A DNA stretch of 52,850 bases from positions 1 to 52,850 of IMG/VR virus record IMGVR_UViG_3300037440_000319; one strand, written 5' to 3'. Source of the DNA: a virus (lineage: Duplodnaviria; Caudoviricetes). The translations under genes and the position numbers were made by a program. The notes below the pieces were generated by a model that saw only the letters and a list, made by a program, of their open reading frames with translations, ran no database searches and was not told the origin of the DNA. Positions 18,520-27,211 of the stretch are shown here, piece after piece. How positions within the stretch are numbered: the stretch's first letter is position 1; each line of letters begins with the position of its first letter.

Positions 18520-19156
18520 CCTCTAGCCTCCCGCTCTGCTCAACGAACGCCGTGTACTCCTGGATCTGCTCCAAGGTAGCGTCCTTCGGGGCAACACCGA
18601 TCTTGCGGAGCATCGCGTCCGGGACGTTGTTCTCGCCGAGGCCCTTGGTCCGAACGACCTGCCGCAGCTTGGTGAATGCCTGGTCCCGGTCGGTCGGCTG
18701 GTAGTTGTCGGCGGCCCGCTCGTACTGCTCGGCCGCGTCCGGCTCCGGGTCGTGAGTCGGCAGGCACAGCGCCTGCAGGATCGCGGTGCGGTAGGCCACG
18801 CTCATCGCCTTGGGCACCGACTTGTCCATCGTGTCGGACGCCTCACCCCAAGCCATGGCAGAGACGTACGTCTCGTCCGGCGCGGTGAACCGATACTCGG
18901 CCTTGATGATCGCCCGGTTCATCACCGTGTTCTTCGTCGTCTGATACGAGTCGATCCGCACGTCGTGAACGATCGAGGAGACGACCAGGCCGTGGTCCCG
19001 CAGAGCGGGTCCGACCGCGTTCATCACCGAATCGACGCCGCGAAAGTTGAACCCGAACTGCTCGTTGCGCTCCCGCTTCCCGAGGGACTGGACGTCTCTC
19101 ATCACCGCGGAGAGTCGCTCGACTGCGTTCCCCGAGGCCGGTTGCTGGTCTGTCAT
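18503..19156 (-). CDS. erf: ERF family single-strand annealing protein
   Basis: FNFRGVDSVMNAVGPALRDHG, GEASD..DKS..KAMSVAYRTA.LQALCLPT. Confidence 0.88.
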   Translation of the reverse strand: MTDQQPASGNAVERLSAVMRDVQSLGKRERNEQFGFNFRGVDSVMNAVGPALRDHGLVVSSIVHDVRIDSYQTTKNTVMNRAIIKAEYRFTAPDETYVSAMAWGEASDTMDKSVPKAMSVAYRTAILQALCLPTHDPEPDAAEQYERAADNYQPTDRDQAFTKLRQVVRTKGLGENNVPDAMLRKIGVAPKDATLEQIQEYTAFVEQSGRLEDDRTE

Positions 19157-19383
19157 GTCGCTGATTCCTTCCTGATCGGTGGCTTGCCGAACTCGGCCCG
19201 GAGCCGGTCCAGCTCGTCGGCGCACGGCTGGCAGAACGGCACCTCGACGACCTGCTCCAGCGCCTTGTTGAGAAACTTCCGAAAGGTGACCGGCTGGCGC
19301 AGCTCGCAGACTCCCTTGGCCTGCGGATGGACCAGCCCACACATGCAGTCGCAGGTGCGTCTCACCGAGGTACCCATGTTCAC
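19153..19383 (-). CDS. Small Cys-rich protein
   Basis: CDCMCG..H....C...CQPC. Confidence 0.6.
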   Translation of the reverse strand: MNMGTSVRRTCDCMCGLVHPQAKGVCELRQPVTFRKFLNKALEQVVEVPFCQPCADELDRLRAEFGKPPIRKESAT

Positions 19384-19664
19384 GGCCGGTACACCACCGT
19401 GGTAGTGATCTCGTGAGCCCTGCCCTCGTCGTGATCGTCCCAGGCGTGCAGTTTCCCCCGGTAGCTCACGCTGTCGTCAGGTACTCTCTCGACTCCGTAC
19501 AGGGTGTCGCACCACGACTCCACAGCCTGGTGGCTATCGAATACCAGTGTCAGGTGGCCCTGCCTGTTGACCGACAGGCCGATCGGTTCCGGTAGCACGT
19601 CGGAGCTAGCGGCGCGTCGAGTGTGGATGAGCGCGGCGATTCGCAGCGCAGTCAGCTCAGCCAC
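19380..19664 (-). CDS. Hypothetical protein
   Basis: GTG start with RBS gggagg. Confidence 0.5.
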   Translation of the reverse strand: MAELTALRIAALIHTRRAASSDVLPEPIGLSVNRQGHLTLVFDSHQAVESWCDTLYGVERVPDDSVSYRGKLHAWDDHDEGRAHEITTTVVYRP

Positions 19665-19788
19665 GGCGTGCCTCCCGCTCTCTCTTGAGTCGCAGCTCAC
19701 AGCGCGCACACATGGACTTCGGGTAAGGCAGCGGCGTGCCGCACTCCTGGCAGTTCTCCCAGGCATTGCCGTCTTGGTCGATGAACAT
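19657..19788 (-). CDS. 43-aa zinc-ribbon peptide (absent from the ORF track)
   Basis: MFIDQDGNAWENCQECGTPLPYPKSMCARCELRLKREREARRG; strong RBS aaggaaggg and ATCAGGAA leader. Confidence 0.6.
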   Translation of the reverse strand: MFIDQDGNAWENCQECGTPLPYPKSMCARCELRLKREREARRG

Positions 19789-19839
19789 CTTGCCCTTCCT
19801 TCGTTTCCTGATGTGACTCTACTCCCGAGCAGTGACACT

Positions 19840-20283
19840 CTAGCGAGATCGCGCAGGGTGTCCAGGGTGCTCCGCGTATGCCTCGCCGATCTCCGGCATC
19901 ACCTTCCGCGCAGACTCGATCACCAGCCGGGCTGGTTTCGAGAAGAACCGCCCGGACCGCCCGTCGCCGGACAGCAGGTCCACCAAGTCGTCCTCAGTCT
20001 TGGCCCGCATGAACCACGCCCGCTGCGTCTCACCCGGCACTGAGGAGACCCCGACGTACGAGACCGTGAATTCCTCCCCGTCGTCGTATATGCGGATCTC
20101 CAGCCAGCGACACGCCTGGCACTTCGCGCCGACCTCGGCAGACCTGTCCGCCGAGTGCTGCGTGTGGTAGGGGGAGTGTGAGGAGCCGAACCCGACGAAC
20201 CGGCCCTCAATCTCTAGTTCTCCGTCCTCGTGCGGGATCAGCCACGTGCCAGTCTCGTCGAGGCGATCGTGCCCTGGGAGCAT
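19840..20283 (-). CDS. Hypothetical protein
   Basis: RBS ggaggg before ATG 20283; H..H...CQAC motif. Confidence 0.7.
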   Translation of the reverse strand: MLPGHDRLDETGTWLIPHEDGELEIEGRFVGFGSSHSPYHTQHSADRSAEVGAKCQACRWLEIRIYDDGEEFTVSYVGVSSVPGETQRAWFMRAKTEDDLVDLLSGDGRSGRFFSKPARLVIESARKVMPEIGEAYAEHPGHPARSR

Positions 20284-20401
20284 TGCTTGGCCCTCCGTTT
20301 CCTTCGTTGATTCTTGCCAGCTTAGCCTGACGAACGTCCACGAGATAGACCACCTGCTGTCGTACCGTGAACCCCGAAGGTAATCACCGAAGGGAGCTCC
20401 G

Positions 20402-20701
20402 ATGGTCCGGGACTTCGTCCTATCGCTCATCCGAACCTACATTCCGCTGGTCGTAGCCGGTGCGCTGACGTGGGTCGCACTCGCGCTCGACCTCGATCTC
20501 ACGGAGGACATCACTACCGGCGTCACAGCATTCGCCGTGCTCGCCGTCACCGGCCTCTACTACCTCATCGCCCGATTCCTAGAGACTAAGTGGACGTGGC
20601 TGTCCGTGCTGCTGGGGACACCGCCGAAGACGGCCGCGCCGACCTACGGGACCATCATCGAGGGCGAAGTAGTCCATGACGCTGAGGTTGCTGGTCGCTA
20701 G
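20402..20701 (+). CDS. Two-TM membrane protein, putative holin
   Basis: SLIRTYIPLVV...YYLIARFLE..W..L..LLG....P.Y pattern of actinophage holin-like proteins. Confidence 0.6.
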   Translation: MVRDFVLSLIRTYIPLVVAGALTWVALALDLDLTEDITTGVTAFAVLAVTGLYYLIARFLETKWTWLSVLLGTPPKTAAPTYGTIIEGEVVHDAEVAGR

Positions 20702-21080
20702 CTGGCGGCAGCTCGCAGCCTGCCGGGGCAGGGACACCGACGCGTTCTACGTCTCCAAGGATGTGCTCCACCCACCGGACGAGATCCGCGAGGTGTGCGA
20801 GTCCTGCCCCGTGCGGGCCGACTGTCTATTCGAAGCGCTCATCCACCGCGAGCAGGGCGTGTGGGGCGGCACGACCGAGAGACAGCGGCGACTACTGCTC
20901 CGCAGGTACCGGAGAGCGTCCTGCCCGTCGTGCGCCGGAGTCAACGTGCCGATGCTCGAAGGTCGGCAGGTCTGCCTCGCCTGCGGCCTGTCCTGGCTCG
21001 CCCTCAAGATCCGCACCGCGGAGGGTGTCCGAACGCTAGAGGTGGTTCATCCGAGCGGAGTAGAGTCGGCCCACACGTGA
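20676..21080 (+). CDS. whiB: WhiB family transcription factor with extra C-terminal zinc ribbon
   Basis: W...AAC, C..CPV...C, GVWGGTTE..R; then CPSC...CLAC. Confidence 0.9.
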   Translation: MTLRLLVASWRQLAACRGRDTDAFYVSKDVLHPPDEIREVCESCPVRADCLFEALIHREQGVWGGTTERQRRLLLRRYRRASCPSCAGVNVPMLEGRQVCLACGLSWLALKIRTAEGVRTLEVVHPSGVESAHT

Positions 21081-21082
21081 GA

Positions 21083-21113
21083 GAACCCCCGGCCCGCCCA
21101 AGGCCAGGGGTTC
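21083..21113 (+). terminator. Hairpin downstream of whiB
   Basis: GAACCCC-C-GGCC / GGCC-A-GGGGTTC stem. Confidence 0.5.
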
Positions 21114-21150
21114 CACCCCTCAACTGAACACGCCTCGCGAAAGGACGTTC

Positions 21151-22002
21151 GTGGTGAACGATATCAGCAGCGACCGACCGATCCGTAGCCGCAGCCGCAT
21201 CCCCAAGTTCGGACGCGTCCCCAAGGACCTGCTGCGAGACCCCCAGCTCTCACCCAACGCCAAGGCACTGTACGGACTCCTCGACGACATCGCCGGGTAT
21301 GAGACCGCGACCATGGCACAGCTCGGTGAGTGGCTCGGCTGCTCCACCTCGACGATCCAGCGGGCGGTGCGGGAGCTAGAGAGGTCCGGGTGGGTCGAGT
21401 CGTCACCGCGCATCGTCAACGGGCAGCAGGCAGCGAATGAGTACGTCTGCAACGCCTACCCGTTCCAGGTCGACGCCCGGTCACCCATGACAGGGGGGGG
21501 TGTCACCAGTGACCGGGCGGGGGGTGTCACCCATGACCGACCAACTACCGAGACCAACTACCGAGACCATAGCGAGACCACTACACCGGGACTACAGCAA
21601 CCACTGATGGGTGATCTTGTTACCAATAACTCTTCGCCGAAATTGAGGAAAGATCCACAACAAGACCCCGACCTGAGTGACTTCGCCGAGTTCTGGAAGC
21701 TCTACCCGAGGCGAGTCGGCAGAGGCCAGGCGGTGAATGCGTGGCGTAAGGCGATCAAGAAGATCCCCGTCGACACCATCCTCGACGCGGCCAAGCGGTA
21801 CCGCGACGACCCGAATCTGCCCGAGACCAAGTTCATCCCCCACCCGGCGACGTGGCTCAACGGGGAGCGCTGGGGCGACGATCCGCTGCCCTCGCGAGAC
21901 GGCGACGAGCAGCCTGTCCGGGTCGCTGGGTACTGGCAGCAGGCGGGCGTCGGGGCGCCGTCTCAGGGCGCTGTTCCGGGGTACTGGCCGAGCACCGCGT
22001 GA
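21151..22002 (+). CDS. Replication initiator (N-terminal HTH, C-terminal DnaD-like domain)
   Basis: LSPNAKALYGLL, HTH LGCSTSTIQRAVRELE, FAEFWKLYPRR, HPATWLNGERW; upstream of DnaB. Confidence 0.88.
   Translation: MVNDISSDRPIRSRSRIPKFGRVPKDLLRDPQLSPNAKALYGLLDDIAGYETATMAQLGEWLGCSTSTIQRAVRELERSGWVESSPRIVNGQQAANEYVCNAYPFQVDARSPMTGGGVTSDRAGGVTHDRPTTETNYRDHSETTTPGLQQPLMGDLVTNNSSPKLRKDPQQDPDLSDFAEFWKLYPRRVGRGQAVNAWRKAIKKIPVDTILDAAKRYRDDPNLPETKFIPHPATWLNGERWGDDPLPSRDGDEQPVRVAGYWQQAGVGAPSQGAVPGYWPSTA
21480..21660 (+). repeat. Putative replication origin: iterons inside the initiator gene
   Basis: GTCA-N4-TGAC palindromes at 21480, 21502 and 21526; GACCAACTACCGA x2 (21539-21564); AT-richer tract about 21613-21660. 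Confidence 0.75.
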
Positions 22003-22261
22003 CCGTATCCAGAACCCGGATTCTGCGGCTCGCTGAGCAGCGCGGATCTCGCAGGACCGGCAAACAGGCGGAACCGACAGAACTCCACCTCGGAGCACGG
22101 TCGGTCGCTCTCCGCCGAATCTCCGGCTGTACAGGGGCGGTTCACAACCATGCATCAAGCACCCCGAAACGGACACAGTTTGATCTACAAAACAGGCGCT
22201 GGGACACGACTCAGGGCCGCTACCAACCGGCGTCCGGAGACGCTACTCTTACCAGCAATCA

Positions 22262-23623
22262 GTGAGTGATCATCAGGAAGGGAATTGGGTGTTGAGTGAT
22301 GGACAACCACCAGCGGATCTCGGAGCCGAGCGGCAGCTTCTCGGAGCTGTTCTCGTGGCTCCCGGACAGATCGACGCAGTATCCGAGATCATCCAACCCG
22401 AGGACTTCTATCGCCCAAGTCACGAGGCGATCTGGCGTGCTGTCGTCGCCCAGCAGGACGCTGGTGAGCCGGTTGATCCGAAGCTGGTTGGCGAACGCCT
22501 CCGCGTCTCGGGGGAACTACAGCGAGCCGGAGGCCTGCCGTACATCGCTGAGCTTGTCGGCCAGTTGCTCACCGCGAGCAATGCCACCTTCTACGCCGAG
22601 ATCGTTGCGCGATGCTCTGCTCAGCGCGCGCTACTCCGAGCCGGACAGCACATTCAGCAGCTTGCCACCGCAGGCGACGTAGACGACGTCGGGGAGGTCC
22701 AGGCCCGCGCCAGGCAGGCACTGGACGCCGCGATCGTCGACCGCAACCGCGACCCGATCGTGTGGGCGCACCAGTCCATCATCGACACCCTCGCCGCGCT
22801 GGAGGACCCACCGGAGGCCATGTCGTCACCGTGGCCCGACCTGGACCAGTTCATCAGCGGTGCGGCGCCGGGCAGGCTCTACGTGATCGGCGCCAGGCCC
22901 TCAGTGGGTAAGACGGTCATGGCGGCGCAGTGGGCGGCCTACCACGCGGCCCGTCACCAGAAGGCGGTCTTGTACTTCACATTGGAGATGTCCCGCCGCG
23001 AGATCGACATTCGGCTCATCAGCCAGCGGGCCAAGGTCAACTACGCCTCGCTGGTCACCCACCACCTCACCGACCACGACTGGCAGAAGATAGCCAGCGC
23101 GCAGGGTGAGCTGGCGGAGCTCCCCCTCTCCATCGTGGACAAGCCGAACATGCGGATCGACGACATCAGGCGCATGGCCCGCACCGTCGCGAAGGACCGA
23201 CAGCTCGGCATGGTGTGCGTCGACTACCTGCAGTTGATGAGCCACCCGGACCACAAGATGCCCAGGCACCAGCAGGTCGCCGAGTTCTCCCGCAGCCTCA
23301 AGCTGCTGAGCCGAGAGCTGGAGATCCCGGTGCTCGCCTGCTCGCAGCTGAACCGGGCGTCGGAGCACCGCAGGTCGGGGATGCCCGGCCTATCGGACCT
23401 GCGGGAGTCCGGGGCAGTGGAGCAAGACTCAGACGTGGTGATCCTTCTGCACCGCAACACAGAGGAGCCGGACAAGGCCCACGACCTGTTCATGGGAGTG
23501 GCAAAGAATCGGCACGGCCCACCTGGCGGGGTGCGGATGCAGTTCCAGGGCCACTTCCAGCGCATCGAGCAGACCGCCTGGCGCCCCGCCGACGTACTCG
23601 ACACCATGCCGTCTAGCGGCTAG
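22262..23623 (+). CDS. dnaB: DnaB-like replicative helicase
   Basis: AERQLLGA, Walker A GARPSVGKT, LEMS, VDYLQL, SQLNR, DLRESGAVEQDSD, KNRHG. Confidence 0.96.
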   Translation: MSDHQEGNWVLSDGQPPADLGAERQLLGAVLVAPGQIDAVSEIIQPEDFYRPSHEAIWRAVVAQQDAGEPVDPKLVGERLRVSGELQRAGGLPYIAELVGQLLTASNATFYAEIVARCSAQRALLRAGQHIQQLATAGDVDDVGEVQARARQALDAAIVDRNRDPIVWAHQSIIDTLAALEDPPEAMSSPWPDLDQFISGAAPGRLYVIGARPSVGKTVMAAQWAAYHAARHQKAVLYFTLEMSRREIDIRLISQRAKVNYASLVTHHLTDHDWQKIASAQGELAELPLSIVDKPNMRIDDIRRMARTVAKDRQLGMVCVDYLQLMSHPDHKMPRHQQVAEFSRSLKLLSRELEIPVLACSQLNRASEHRRSGMPGLSDLRESGAVEQDSDVVILLHRNTEEPDKAHDLFMGVAKNRHGPPGGVRMQFQGHFQRIEQTAWRPADVLDTMPSSG

Positions 23624-23627
23624 ATGC

Positions 23628-23677
23628 TAGACAGCGGACGGCTACCGTGAGTAGTCTGCATTTGTTGGTATCAGGAA
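23628..23677 (+). promoter_or_regulatory. Putative promoter TAGACA-18-TAGTCT with ATCAGGAA leader
   Basis: Intergenic position, hexamer spacing and the shared leader motif. Confidence 0.55.
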
Positions 23678-23698
23678 TCACAGGAAACGGAGAACACC

Positions 23699-24097
23699 AT
23701 GAGACCACTCAACGCGCTCGCAGTCGCTACTGCCCTCGCAGTACTAGCTGCCTGCGGAACCGGCGACATAGCCCTCGTCGCCGACCAGACCGAGCTAGAG
23801 GCAGTCGAGGATGAATGCGACGGTGAGGAGGGCGATCCAGGCTGGGCGTTCATCTACACCGCAGACGACGGCCGGACGCTAATCGTCGACATGAAGGGTG
23901 CAGAGGATCTCGTCGGAGTGACGATCGACCAGATCGACTGCGTCCTGGTCGAGCTAGACATTCCCGCTTCGGTCACGGCCCGGATGGACAGCACCCGCGC
24001 CCTCGACGGTGTACAGACCGGCACGTGGGACAGCTACACAGCCACCTGGTCATTCCACCCTGACACCGGACTCGACCTGATCATCGAGGAGTCCTGA
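23699..24097 (+). CDS. Lipoprotein
   Basis: Signal peptide with lipobox LAAC; TRALDG.Q...W..Y...W.FHPD.GL. Confidence 0.78.
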   Translation: MRPLNALAVATALAVLAACGTGDIALVADQTELEAVEDECDGEEGDPGWAFIYTADDGRTLIVDMKGAEDLVGVTIDQIDCVLVELDIPASVTARMDSTRALDGVQTGTWDSYTATWSFHPDTGLDLIIEES

Positions 24098-24447
24098 TGA
24101 ACGTTCGCGACCAGGTGGCGCGGATCATCGACCGGCACGAGTGGTCCCGCCTCGGCGGCGGCTCCAACGGGCAGCAGATCGCAGCCGACCTCGCGGCGAA
24201 GGGCCTGCTGCGGATTGAGGAGCGCCCGGAGGCGCTACACCGGCTTAAGTCGGGAGACATCATCGTGATCTGCCTAGGCGACGTCGTGCCGGGCATCGAG
24301 AATCCTCGGCTGTATCAGATCACCGACCCGCGCCAGTGGGACGGCCACGTCTATCTGATCGGCTTCCCGGTCGGCAGTGACGAGACCAAGGCGTACGAGT
24401 TCCTCAGCGGACCGGCGAACATGATCGTGCGGAAGGTAGTCGACTGA
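24097..24447 (+). CDS. Hypothetical protein
   Basis: TGATG coupling. Confidence 0.65.
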   Translation: MNVRDQVARIIDRHEWSRLGGGSNGQQIAADLAAKGLLRIEERPEALHRLKSGDIIVICLGDVVPGIENPRLYQITDPRQWDGHVYLIGFPVGSDETKAYEFLSGPANMIVRKVVD

Positions 24448-24803
24448 TGGCTAACGAGTTTGAGATCCCCTGCCCGCATCGGGACTGCGGCGAGGCGCTG
24501 CACTTAGTCTGGTCGCTGATCTACACGTTTCAGCCCGCGGACCTGCTCGCCGAGTGGGAGCCCCCTGTAACCGCCACCGGATACGGGCACGCACAGAGCT
24601 GGCAGGTCGAGTGCGGCAACGGGCACGTGATCCTGCTGCCCGGTCCCCTCGGCTGCCCCTGTGAGCCAGGCCTGGACGACGAGTGCCCGCACAACGAGGA
24701 CGACTACGAGTGGTCCGAGGACTGGCGAGACTTCCGCCCCGCCGACGTCCAGCGACTCCGAGCCGTGATCGACACTCTCACGAGAGGGGACTCCGATGCC
24801 TAG
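24447..24803 (+). CDS. Hypothetical Cys/His-rich protein
   Basis: CPHRDC, CGNGH, CPC; coupled. Confidence 0.65.
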   Translation: MANEFEIPCPHRDCGEALHLVWSLIYTFQPADLLAEWEPPVTATGYGHAQSWQVECGNGHVILLPGPLGCPCEPGLDDECPHNEDDYEWSEDWRDFRPADVQRLRAVIDTLTRGDSDA

Positions 24804-25050
24804 CCCGACGCAGAACCCGAGAGACATCTACCTAGAGGGCCGCCAGCGAGCCCGATCCAAGCAGATCCTGTACGACGGGAGCAAGTTCCCGATCTCGTTC
24901 GACCGCCAGACCCAGCAGCGGGTGGAGAAGCTCGCCGCCGCCTGGCGGGTTCCGAGGGCCGAGATGGTTCGCTATCTTGTCGCCTCAGCCCTAGACGCCG
25001 CAGAGGCAATCCCCATCCCATCATCAGATCAGAAGGAGGAAACGAAGTGA
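24796..25050 (+). CDS. Ribbon-helix-helix DNA-binding protein
   Basis: FPISFD...RVEKLAAAWRVPRAEMVRYLV. Confidence 0.6.
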   Translation: MPSPTQNPRDIYLEGRQRARSKQILYDGSKFPISFDRQTQQRVEKLAAAWRVPRAEMVRYLVASALDAAEAIPIPSSDQKEETK

Positions 25051-25664
25051 TCAAGACACTCATCGCCTTGGCAGCCGCGGTCGCACTTGTGGCCGGATGC
25101 TCGGGCGACGACCCGGAGAGACTCGCTGTCCGCGTGGAGCGGACGACCGAGGCAGAAGCAGAGCCGGACCCGGTGGACGAGCCGGAGCCGACTGCTGAGC
25201 CAGAGCCAGCCGAGCCCGAGCTGGACATGACCCCAGAGACGGTACTCGTCGAGGCCACCTGGGAGGAGGCCGGAATCATCCTCACCCTCGGCAACGTGCA
25301 GTTCGCGTCAGCCGAGTACCTCAACGGCCAGGGCCTGCTCCTGGAGGAGCACACCGCGACCGGCATCATCATCGTCGGCAGCATCCGCAACGACCGAGAC
25401 AAGGCCGTCGAATTCTACCCGAACCAGGGCACCCTCGTGGTGGGGGAGGACCAGTACGAGGCTTCGCTGTGGGAGAGCGACCTCGGCGGCACCGTCTACG
25501 ACGGGGTGTCTACCGAGGGTTTCATCCTGTTCGAGAGCTCCCGCGACATCGAGTGGTTCGACGACGTGGCCGAGATCCGGTTCCTGGCTCCCGGCGCGTT
25601 CGACCCGGACACGTTCAACAGCGTCACAGGCGACATCGACCTGACGCTGCACCTGCAGCGGTAG
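25047..25664 (+). CDS. Lipoprotein (DUF4352-like Ig fold)
   Basis: Lipobox VAGC, EP-rich linker, FYPNQGTLV, GFILFE. Confidence 0.75.
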   Translation: MIKTLIALAAAVALVAGCSGDDPERLAVRVERTTEAEAEPDPVDEPEPTAEPEPAEPELDMTPETVLVEATWEEAGIILTLGNVQFASAEYLNGQGLLLEEHTATGIIIVGSIRNDRDKAVEFYPNQGTLVVGEDQYEASLWESDLGGTVYDGVSTEGFILFESSRDIEWFDDVAEIRFLAPGAFDPDTFNSVTGDIDLTLHLQR

Positions 25665-25771
25665 GTCCGGCCGCCTGGCATCGTCCCTGCACTAGCGGCG
25701 GGCGGCGGTGCGAGCCGACCGGCTCACACATAACCGGGGGATCAGGAACCCCAGGAAGGAAACGAAGTCAG

Positions 25772-25921
25772 ATGTACGGAGAAACTCTGCCCCGGACGGG
25801 CATCGCGATCGGTGCCAGCGGGACTGTGCTGAACCTCTCCTGGCTAATTGTCGCGGCACTCGCGATCATCGTCGGCGGCGTGCTGCTGACCAGATACGGA
25901 AAGCGACACGAGAATGCCTAG
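25772..25921 (+). CDS. 49-aa stand-alone LPXTG sortase-sorting peptide
   Basis: MYGETLPRTG + hydrophobic helix + basic tail RYGKRH; RBS aggaagga; overlaps the GT2 start. Confidence 0.75.
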   Translation: MYGETLPRTGIAIGASGTVLNLSWLIVAALAIIVGGVLLTRYGKRHENA

Positions 25922-27173
25922 GGCAACTGCCTGGGCAGTCGTCGCGCTAACCGCTGCTCTTATCGCCGGGTTCCACCTGGATCAGTGGTCAGGCTCGTGG
26001 AACGCGGCGATGGTGTTCTATGTCATGGTCGCGGGCTGGCTACTGTGGACGCTCGCTGCGTCTGCATGGCACCCGCGCTATGTCGACCGGCCTATTTCAC
26101 CGGGGCATGTGGTCGTGATCGTGCCGGTGTTCAATGAGAAGCCTGAGGCACTCTACGACTGCATCCGCTCACTGATCCTGCAAACGCGACCACCTGAGCA
26201 GATCATCGTCATGGACGACGGCTCGGACATGCCGGTTATCCCGATCGATCTGCCGACTGTGGAGTGGTACCGGCAGGAGAATCGCGGCAAGCGGTGGGCT
26301 CAGATGGAGGGCCTGCGGCTCGCGGCTGCTGCTGAGTGGGCTGACTACGTAGTAACTGTGGACTCTGACAGCGTGGTTGCGCCGGACGGGATCGAGCAGC
26401 TCCTGCGAGCTATGTCAGATGAGAGGGTACAGGCCGCAACGGGAGCCTGCGTAGTTCGCAACCGCACAGACAGCCTGCTCACGCGAGTCGTTGATCTGGA
26501 GATCATGCTGTATAACGCGGTGATGCGGCGCGTCCGCTCAGTGGTCGGCGCGGTGGCCCCTACCTCTGGCCCGCTGGCGATCTACCGGGCCGAGATCCTG
26601 TGGGACAATGCCGAGGACTATCTCACTGAGGGCACCTACTCAGACGACCGGAGGCTGACGCATTACAGCCTGCTCCGAGGCCAAGTCGTAGCAGTTGACG
26701 AGGCAGTCGTTGAGACCGAGATGCCTGCCACGCCGCGGGCAATGTTCCGGCAGCGCACTCGCTGGTTCAAGGGCTACTGGCGGTATATGGGCTGGGAGAT
26801 CCGCAGCTTGTCAGGCTGGGCGTGGTTCCTGCGAGTGTGGAATCTCACGACGCTGACGCTCTACCCGCTGATCGTGGGGTTTGTGTTCGCTGCAGTGCCG
26901 CTCACCGGGGGTCTCGTGTACTGGCAGGCTATGCCGTACTGGCTCGGCCTGCTCTATGCGCTCACATCGCACTACATGGAGCGCCCAGGGCTGCCGCTGT
27001 GGAAGCGGCTTGTGACGTGGCTGACGTTGACTCCGCTGCTGGTCGTCGTCCAGGCGCTGCTGATTCGTCCAGCTATGTACTACGCCGTCACTCAAGTGCG
27101 GAACACAGACTGGGCTACCCGCGGAGCAAAGGTCCGCGGTCGTCACCGGAAGCTGGCCGAGTCTGCAGCATGA
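25914..27173 (+). CDS. Processive GT2 glycosyltransferase, hyaluronan synthase/NodC-like
   Basis: DDGS, GKR, VDSD, SGPLAIYR, DDRRLT, RQRTRW; TM helices at both ends. Confidence 0.88.
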   Translation: MPRATAWAVVALTAALIAGFHLDQWSGSWNAAMVFYVMVAGWLLWTLAASAWHPRYVDRPISPGHVVVIVPVFNEKPEALYDCIRSLILQTRPPEQIIVMDDGSDMPVIPIDLPTVEWYRQENRGKRWAQMEGLRLAAAAEWADYVVTVDSDSVVAPDGIEQLLRAMSDERVQAATGACVVRNRTDSLLTRVVDLEIMLYNAVMRRVRSVVGAVAPTSGPLAIYRAEILWDNAEDYLTEGTYSDDRRLTHYSLLRGQVVAVDEAVVETEMPATPRAMFRQRTRWFKGYWRYMGWEIRSLSGWAWFLRVWNLTTLTLYPLIVGFVFAAVPLTGGLVYWQAMPYWLGLLYALTSHYMERPGLPLWKRLVTWLTLTPLLVVVQALLIRPAMYYAVTQVRNTDWATRGAKVRGRHRKLAESAA

Positions 27174-27211
27174 GACCGTAGCTGGCAGGGGGGACAGATC
27201 CGGAGGAAGCC

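Noticed and set aside
21493-21500. G8 run as a phase-variation tract
   Set aside because: It is an iteron spacer in a probably essential gene, and the frame is intact
21999-22265. ORF between the initiator and DnaB as a helicase loader
   Set aside because: Coupled overlaps exist, but composition and codon use are atypical and no motif is recognisable; left uncalled
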